The notes under the pieces were generated by a model. The model saw only the letters and a list, made by a program, of their open reading frames with translations. It had not been told where the DNA came from and ran no database searches. From the human T2T-CHM13v2.0 reference genome, Homo sapiens, in NCBI RefSeq assembly GCF_009914755.1, contig NC_060941.1: 64,000 nt of DNA. One strand, 5' to 3'. Positions within the stretch are counted from its first letter, which is position 1; every line of letters starts with the position of its first letter. Both the position numbers and the translations under genes were made by a program. Positions 55,848 to 64,000 of this stretch are shown piece by piece.

Positions 55848-57050
55848 ATGAGGTGCAGGAAAAGCTACCCCAAAATATGGCACTTTGGTATTTGAGAAAA
55901 CAGCAGAAGCAGGAAGGCCACTCTCAGCTTACCTCCACCTTTCTCCCCAAAGCAGGCCAAAAAACCTAGGAAGGTGTCCATCTGGCCTTCTTCCTTCTCC
56001 TGTTGTTACCAGCAGTGAGTCTGTACGGGTCTGCAGCAACCTCAGCTCTTGCCACCTCAGAGGAAGGAATCCGACCAAGGGGCATAAGGCAGAGTGAGAG
56101 ACCAAGGCAAGTTTTAGAATAAGAGTGAAAGTTTATTAAAAATTTAGAGCAGGAATTAAATACGTAAAGTAGATGAGGGCCAAGTGGGCAACTTGAAGGA
56201 TCAAGTGCATGGTTTGACCTTTGCCTTGGCGTCTTATATGCTGCTATGCTTCCAGGGTTGCATTACTTCTCCCCTGATTCTTCCCTTGGGGTGGGCTGTC
56301 CACATGTACAGTGGCCTGCCAGCACTTGGGAGGGTCCACAGGCATGGTGCGTTTACTGAAATTGTGCACACGCTCACTTGAGGCATTTTTCTCTTACCAG
56401 TCATGTGCTCTTAGAGGAAGGTCATATACCAGTTAAACTCTACGATTTTGCCTCTTAGTGCACATGCTTGAGCCCACTTGCTGAACTCCTGAGATCTTTT
56501 CAGGAAGATGTTGACCATCAATTTCAGTTGTTTCTGTCTATTTGGAGACTGCCTTTTCCTGGTGCTGGCTTTGACCAATTATTATTCTAGAGAGACAACT
56601 TAACAATAGCCTGACCATCACCTGAGGGTCGCCTGACATTCCTGGTGTGGAGGGGGCCTTTTCTACCCTGCTCATATCTGACAAGCTACCTACTGTAATA
56701 CCCTAAAAACCCTCATGTGTCAGATGCCCTGATCTCTACTTCCATGGAAGAAATGTCACACAGAGACACCAATAAGGATGGGAATAATCAGGTCTTGCTA
56801 AGCTCCCCAAAGTTTGTTTTCATTAGTATACACCCTTTTATCCTCCAATCATATTTCTGCATAACTGTCCATAAAAGTACAATTTTTCCTTATGTCTTTG
56901 AGTCTTCATTTCTGAAGCCTCCCATGTGAAATAAAATTTCTATGACATAAATTTGTGTGATTTTTTTCTTGTCAGCCTGTCTTTTGTTATGGGATCTCAG
57001 CCGTGAACCTTGTGATGAGTGAGGAAAAGATATGACTTTTTCTCCCCTGC
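55848..57050 (+). mobile_element. ERV1 LTR (MER67-like), split by a MER50-like LTR
   Basis: GCTACCCCAAAATATGGCACTTTGG...GAGAAAACAGCAGAAGCAGGAAGG; resumes after 56700 and contains AATAAA. Confidence 0.75.
56004..56700 (-). mobile_element. ERV1 solo LTR (MER50-like)
   Basis: TGTTACC...CTGCAGCAACCTCA...GGGGCATAAGGCAGA...GCTACCTACTGTAATA. Confidence 0.8.
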
Positions 57051-58687
57051 ATATCCTCCTTTATCTGTAGTCTAATAAGATGAAGAAAAAACAAAATTAA
57101 CCTTTTAGTGTGTTATTTTTACAAGCTAATGATTTCCCTTAAAACGTAGGTGCATGGCCTAACGTGATTTGATACTCTCATTCATACGGTTTATCTTTTT
57201 TTGAGTTATCTGCAGTGAGTGAGCATTCAAACAACTATTTATTGCATTTTTTGGCATATTTTCTTGTCAGCCAGGACACTGGGTTCTTGAATTGCAACAA
57301 ACAAACAAACAAACAAACACAACAATAACAAACAGCAATATTGTAAAGAGGATGTGAAAGAACAATAATTGATACTGGTAATTGCTGTCTGCAATCACCA
57401 CTGATTTTTTTGGAAGAAGGGTCAGCTTTTGTTAGACTCATTCATTTCTTACTTGACTTTCTAAAGTTCTGATTTTTTTCTTGGAAAAATACTTTGCTTT
57501 ATAATGACATCAAAGCCTGTTTCTATTTGGCTCAGTCTGCCACGAGAAAATGAAGGCAAACAAATGCTTTATAAGTGAAGAATGACCGAAATAGCCTAAT
57601 ACATCAGCGTAACCAGTAATAAATGTTGTCTCTGGATAGCCATTTACAAAATTACTGACAATGCAACTCTTGATCAGAAAAACAAATATATAAGGCACAA
57701 TTCTTTTAACTTTAATTAATCATACATAAATCTGTGGAGTTACCTGGCCTTGAACATATGCACATATGTGCACATCTTTATCAATCTGCGTACACATCTC
57801 CGTATTTTATTTCTATATAGGTAAACATCTGCTGGAACTATATCATTCTGAGTTTACTTGAATTATAGCAAAGATTTAGACATTTGTTTTTCCTTTTCCA
57901 TTTAAAAAACATTAAAAATGGAAAATTCTTACCACAAAATTGATATTTATATAAATGGATTTTCTTCATACGTAAAGAAACGGTCGCAAATAAATCACTT
58001 GATCTTAAAATGTATTCTTTAACTGCAATAACTACCCTCCACATCCGGATTTACATTTTGTAACTAATTCATTAGCATTTCTTTTCCCAGGTTAGCAAAA
58101 TAACAGTAACATCTCAGTATTCACTTTCCTCATAAGATATAAACATATACTAGAACTAGACTATAATTTGATTTTTATTAAATTCATTCTAATAAGTGAA
58201 GAGTTATTTTGACAAAAACACATGTTACATAAATTTTTAGAGAGAGTTAATTGGATGTGGTCTTTAGAGCATTAATTAGCAGAAAATAGTTATTAAATGC
58301 ACATTTCTTGTTCAAAATACCAGAATCAAAGTGTAGAAACAATTCTACAGATTGTCACACAAATCAGTTTCATTTTAAAGTGTTTTCATCACCTTTCCTC
58401 TGATTTTCTAGTTTATAAGTATTGGAAGAAAAGCCTGTGGGAGAGGGAGAATGTGTGTAATTTCAATCTTAAGTCAGGTATTATTAACATTCAAGTGTAT
58501 TTTTTAAGTAATTTACTCATTTTTTATTTTATATATCAATATTACACTGGATATTCTTTCCCATGCTCCTTTTATTTTCTGAACTCTGTAGTACAAGAAC
58601 TTTCTTATGTCATCAAAACAAACAAATGAAAACTAACTTTGTAAACAGTACTGGAATGGCTATATATGTAAGTTCCACTGGTCTATA

Positions 58688-59010
58688 GTTGGAGTCAGCC
58701 CATTTTTTTTCTGTAAATGACCAGACAGTAAATATGTTCTGCTTTGTAAGCCATACGGTCTCTTTAAAACTACTGCGCTCTGCTATTGTAGGGCAAAAGC
58801 AGCCACTCACTCAACATAAACAAATAGATGTGGCTGTGTTCCAATTAAACTTATTTGTGGATACTGAATTTTGAATTTCATATAATATTCACATGCCACA
58901 AAATATAATTTTTTCTTTTCATGTTTCTTCCAACCATTTAGAAATGTAAAAAACCATTCTTAACTTATAAGCCATACAAAAATTAGGAGGCTGGCTGCAT
59001 TTGGATGACC
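58688..59010. mobile_element. MER58B
   Basis: TTTTTCTGTAAATGACCAGACAGTAAATAT...GTGGCTGTGTTCCAATTAAACTTATTT. Confidence 0.85.
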
Positions 59011-59396
59011 CGCCATATTGGATGGCTTTGGACTACAGCTTCTTTGACTTGTAACATCTCCAAGTCTCTCCTAAACTGATCCCCAAGGGTTAGGCTTAGG
59101 TTGCTTTGGTTTACCCATTTTGTTTCCACATCAGACCTTATTTTATTCAAGAATGGTGTCACCGGTTAAACATTTTACTTTTAAGGAAAGCATGTAATGA
59201 ACTGAGAGATTTTGCTACAGGGATTTCTAAAAATTAATTGTAAAATTGTCATCTCCCAGAGTCTAAAATCAATCTGATTTATGAATATTTGCCTGAGACA
59301 GTTTGCTTTTTAAAAATCAGTAATTATAATTTGTTATTGTTCTTGCAGATGATTACTCTCAAAACCATGATAGATAATAAAGCATAAGATATTCTA

Positions 59397-59729
<333 letters not shown>

Positions 59730-59846
59730 CTACAGACTACTGTGAAGAAAACCAACAAAAGCACCATTAGCATAGCTTTTATTTCAAAATGCAAGGCCTG
59801 GGAAAGCTGCAAAGGAGCATTCTAACTTGGACGAAAAGACTGGAAT

Positions 59847-62155
59847 TATAATAGTCCATTTTCACGCTGCTGATAAAGACATACCTGAGACTGAGCAATT
59901 TACAAAACAAAGGGGTTTAATTGGACTCACACTTCCAAGTGGCTACAGAGGCCTCACAATCATGGCAGAAGGCAAGGAGGAGCAAGTCACATCTTACGTG
60001 GATAGTGGCAGGTAAAGAGAGAGCTTGTGAAGACAAACTCCCCTTTTAAAGCAGTTAGATGTCATGAGACTTATTCACTATCATGAGAACAGCACAGGAA
60101 AGACCTGCCTCCATGACTCAATCATCTCCCACCAGGTTCCTCCCACAATACGTGGGAATTATGGGAACTACATGATGAGATTTGGGTGGGGACACAGAGC
60201 CAAACCATATCATTCTGCCCTGGCCCCTCCCAAACCTCATGTCTTCACATTTCAAAACCAATCATGCCTTCTTAACAGTTCCCCAAAGTCTTAACTCATT
60301 TCAGCATTAACTCAAAAGTCCACAGTCCAAGTGTCATCTGAGACAAGGTAAGTGTCTTCTGCCTATAAGCCTGTAAAATCAAAAGCAAGCTAGTTACTTC
60401 CTAGATACAGTGGGAGTTACAGGTGTTTGGTAAATACAGCCATTCCAGATGGGAGAAACTGGCCAAAACAAATGGGCTACAGGCCCTAAGCAAGTCCAAA
60501 ATCCAGCAGGGCAGTCAAATCTTAAAGCTCCAAATGGTCTCCTTTGACTCCATGTCTCACATCAAGGTCACACTGATGCAAGTAGTGTGCTCCCATGGCC
60601 TTGGGCAGCTCTGCCCCTGTGCCATTGCAGCATATAGCCCCCTTCCTGGCTGCTTTCATCAGTTGGCATTGAGTGTCTGAGGCTTTTCCAGGCACATGGT
60701 GCAAACTGTTGGTGGATCTACCGTTCTGGGGTCTAGAGAATAGTGACCCTCTTCTCACAGCTCCACTAGGCAGTGCTCCAGTAGGGACTCTAGGTGGGGA
60801 CTCTGACCCCACATTTCCCTTCTGCACTGCCCTAGCAGAGATTCTCCAAGAGGAACCCACCCCTGCAGCAAACATGTGCTTGGGCATCTAGGCATTTTCA
60901 TACATCCTCTGAAATCTAGGCAGAGGTTCCCAAACCTCAATTCTTGACTTCTGTTCACCTGCAGGCTCAACACTACCTAGAAGCTGCCAAGGCTTGAGGC
61001 TTGCACCTTTTGAAGCCACGGCCGAAGCTCTACGTTGGCCCATTTCAGCCACAGCTAGAGTGGCTGGAACACAGAGCACCAAGTCCCTAGGCTGCACACA
61101 GCATGGGGACCCTGGGCCTGGCCCACAAAACCATTTTTCCCTTAGCCTGCCAGCCTGCGAGGGGAGGGGCTGCTGTGAAGACCACTGACATGCCCTGGAG
61201 ACATTTTCCCCATTGTCTTGGGGATTAACATTCAGCACCTCATTACTTATGCAAATTTCTACAGCCAGCTTGAATTTCTCCTCAGAAGATGATGGGTTTT
61301 TCTTTTCTATTACATTGTCAGGCTGCAAATTTTCCAAACTTTTACGCTCTGCTTCTCTTATCACAATAAATGGCTTTAACAGCACTCAACTCACCTCTTG
61401 AATGGTTTGCTGCTTAGAAATTTCTTCCTCCAGACACCCTAAATCATCTTTCTCAAGTTCAAAGTTCCACAAATCTCTAGGGAAGGGGCAAAATGCTGCC
61501 AGTCTCTTTGCTAAAACATAACAAGAGCCACCTTTGCTCCAGTTCCCAGCAAGTTCCTGATTTTCATCTGAGACCACCTCAGCCTGGACCTTATTGTCCA
61601 TATTGCTATCAGGCTTTTGGTCAAAGCTATTCAACAGGTCTGTAGGAAGCTCCAAACTTTCCCACATTTTCATGTCTTTTTCTGAGCCTTCCAAATGGTT
61701 ACAACTTCTGCCTATTTCCCAGTTCCAAAGTCACTTCCACATTTTCAGGTATCTTTTTAGCAGCACCCCACTCCTGGTACAAATTTACTGTCATAGTCCC
61801 ATTTTCATGCTGCTGATAAAGACATACCTGAGATTCAGCAATTTACAAAAGAAAGAGGTTTAATTGGACTCACAGTTCCACATGGCTGCAGAGGCCCCAC
61901 AACTATGGTACACGGCAAGGAGGAACACGTCACATCCTACGTGGATGGTGGCAGGTAAAGAAAGAGCTTGTATAGGCAAACTCCCATTTTAAAGCCATTA
62001 GATGTCACGAGACTTATTCACTATCATGAGAACAGCACAGGAAAGACCTGCCTCCATGATTCAGTCATCTCCCACCAGGTCCTTCCCACAATACATGGGA
62101 ATTATGGTAACTATAAGATAAGATTTGGGTGGGGACACAGAGCCAAACCATATCG
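59847..62155 (-). mobile_element. Complete THE1A MaLR element (LTR-internal-LTR)
   Basis: LTRs 59847-60212 and 61789-62155, ~1.58-kb THE1 internal region, TSD GGAAT/GGAAT. Confidence 0.95.
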
Positions 62156-62239
62156 GGAATCTTTTATTGGGCTTCAGCAGGTGGTTTCTTTCAGCAACTA
62201 GTTTCTAGAATAGTTGGTGCAGGATGCTTCTTAGAAGAG

Positions 62240-62308
62240 GGAGAAAGTATTCCTGTGCATTAGTATCTAGGGAAGAAGGAGAAACTATTCCTGTGCATTA
62301 GTATCTAG
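62240..62308. repeat. Tandem duplication, period 38 bp
   Basis: GGAGAAA(G/C)TATTCCTGTGCATTAGTATCTAG at 62240 and 62278. Confidence 0.9.
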
Positions 62309-62534
62309 TGTGGGAGCAATTTAGATTTTATGAATAAGGGCAAGGGAGAAGAGCTAGAGGCTAAGGCCAAGTGCAAGAGGGGTCAGGGAGGGTTGTTGTG
62401 GGACACACATGAGGGCCATTGTGAGAAATGCTCAGTCACACTATGTCCTAGTAATCTATTATGCAGTATTCATGTTAGAAACCTTTATAATAAAGCCATC
62501 TAATAGTACTGTATCTTTTTTTTCCCATTATCAC

Positions 62535-63223
62535 TGTTACCACTGGCAAATCCATACAGATCTGTAGCAACCTCAACTCTTGCTTCCTCAGAATAGAGAA
62601 TTCAACTGAGGGGCATAAGGCAGAGGAGAGACTGAGGCAAGTTTTAGAACAGGAGTGAAAGTTTATTAAAAAGCTTTAGAGCAGGAATGAAAGGAGATAA
62701 AGTACACTCAGAAGAGGGCCACATGGGTGACTTGAGAGATCAAGTGCACTGTTTGACATTTGACTTTGGGTTTTACGCATTTGCATACTCCCAGTATCCT
62801 GTGTCCATGATTCTTCCCTTGGTGTGGGCTGTCTGCATGTGCAGTGGCCTGCCAGCACCTGGGAGGGGAGTATGCACAGTGTGTTTTCTGGAATTGTACG
62901 CATGCTCACTTGAGGCATTCTTCCCTTACTGGTCGAATGTCCCTAGAAGGTTATATACCAGTTAAACTTCACCATTTTGCTTCTTAATCTCATGCTTGAG
63001 CCCACTGGCTCAACTCCTGAGATCTTCCCTGGAAGCTACTGATCACCAGCTTTGATTTTTCTATCTACTGGGAGACTGCTTTTCCCTGGATCTGGCTGCA
63101 ACAAATTAGTATTTTAGAGAGACAGTTAACAACCACCTGACGGCATCTGACATTCCTGGTATGTGTGTGGTGTGGGAGCTCTCTCCTGCTCTGCTAATGT
63201 CTGACTAGCTACCTACTGTAACA
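62535..63223 (-). mobile_element. ERV1 solo LTR (MER50-like), second copy
   Basis: Homologous along its length to 56004-56700; TG...CA ends. Confidence 0.8.
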
Positions 63224-63709
63224 TCTGTAATATCACTGTAGCATAATTATTGCGCCTACTTAAATACTATATAAAAAGTTAATCTATTGATAATATATGA
63301 CAGGTTAATGGAATTAATTCAGATGCAGTTGATCAGATCCATGATGCAGAAATATGTCATTAAATATTATCAAATCCTGCTAAGAATGTGGAATATTCAA
63401 TCAACTATTTTTCCCAAGGCAATTAAATAACAACAATAAAAGCCTTCCTAAAATGCATGATGGCCTTGGGACAGAAACATTACCTTGTGTTAGACTTATA
63501 ATAATATTATTAACTAGGTATCAAATTTCTTGAGTATAGAGATAGGAAAACTGAAACTTTGAGATTTTAAGTAACTGAGATCACATAATCAACAGAATGA
63601 AAAATTTGAACTTGGGCCAGTCTTGAACCCTGTTATATTTTTAACTATTAAGTTCAGAGGGTTAAGTCTTCATTGTTCACCACAGTGATTTAAAACTACT
63701 TGAAGATTA

Positions 63710-64000
63710 ATGGGGCCTAGGACATGCTACTCCAAAATATGGCACCTTGACATTTGAGAAAACAACAGGAACAGGAAGGCCATCTCCCCTTCCCCTTGCC
63801 ATTCTCCACTGAAGCAGGTCATAAGAGCCTCATTCCAGGGGTACTCTCTCTACACCTGGATGAAAGAAATTTCTCTCTTAAGACATAGAGACACAGAGAA
63901 GAATCTGAATAAAAAGGCCTTACTAAATCTCTCCCTACCACCCCCAGTTTATTACCATTAGATCATGTCGTTTTCTCCTCCAATCATATTTCACTCTTCA
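63710..64000 (+). mobile_element. ERV1 LTR (MER67-like), truncated by the window edge
   Basis: GGACATGCTACTCCAAAATATGGCACCTTGACATTTGAGAAAAC. Confidence 0.75.

Noticed and set aside
60423-61863. ORFs of 62-165 aa
   Set aside because: Fragments of the decayed THE1 internal region, not a host gene.

Overview
Primate (human-like) AT-rich nuclear DNA. It contains no intact protein-coding ORF, RNA gene or CRISPR array. Essentially all ORFs in the supplied track come from Alu, L1, MaLR or simple repeats, or are chance ORFs. Roughly half the window is interspersed repeat: about 12 Alus, a full-length but decayed L1PB-type element (24.0-30.4 kb), older L1PA/L1M pieces, a complete THE1A MaLR provirus, solo LTRs (THE1, MST, MLT1, MLT2, MER50-like, MER67-like, MER54/73/74-like), hAT-Charlie and Tigger DNA transposons, MIR and L2. 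Subfamily names are from recalled consensus similarity, not RepeatMasker. The most interesting non-repeat signal is in the repeat-poor left part (4-15 kb). Two CpG-retaining, promoter-like segments on the minus strand each lead to an ATG and then a consensus splice donor in the same codon phase (phase 2), and two small splice-site-bounded segments lie nearby. This would fit the multi-promoter 5' end of a minus-strand gene whose shared exons lie left of the window. I could not identify the gene, and this is inference. Other notable structures: a 5'-inverted (twin-primed) Alu, a MIR-derived near-perfect hairpin, an L1 with an ORF1 coiled-coil deletion and a possible 3' transduction, and a locally re-copied LTR segment.
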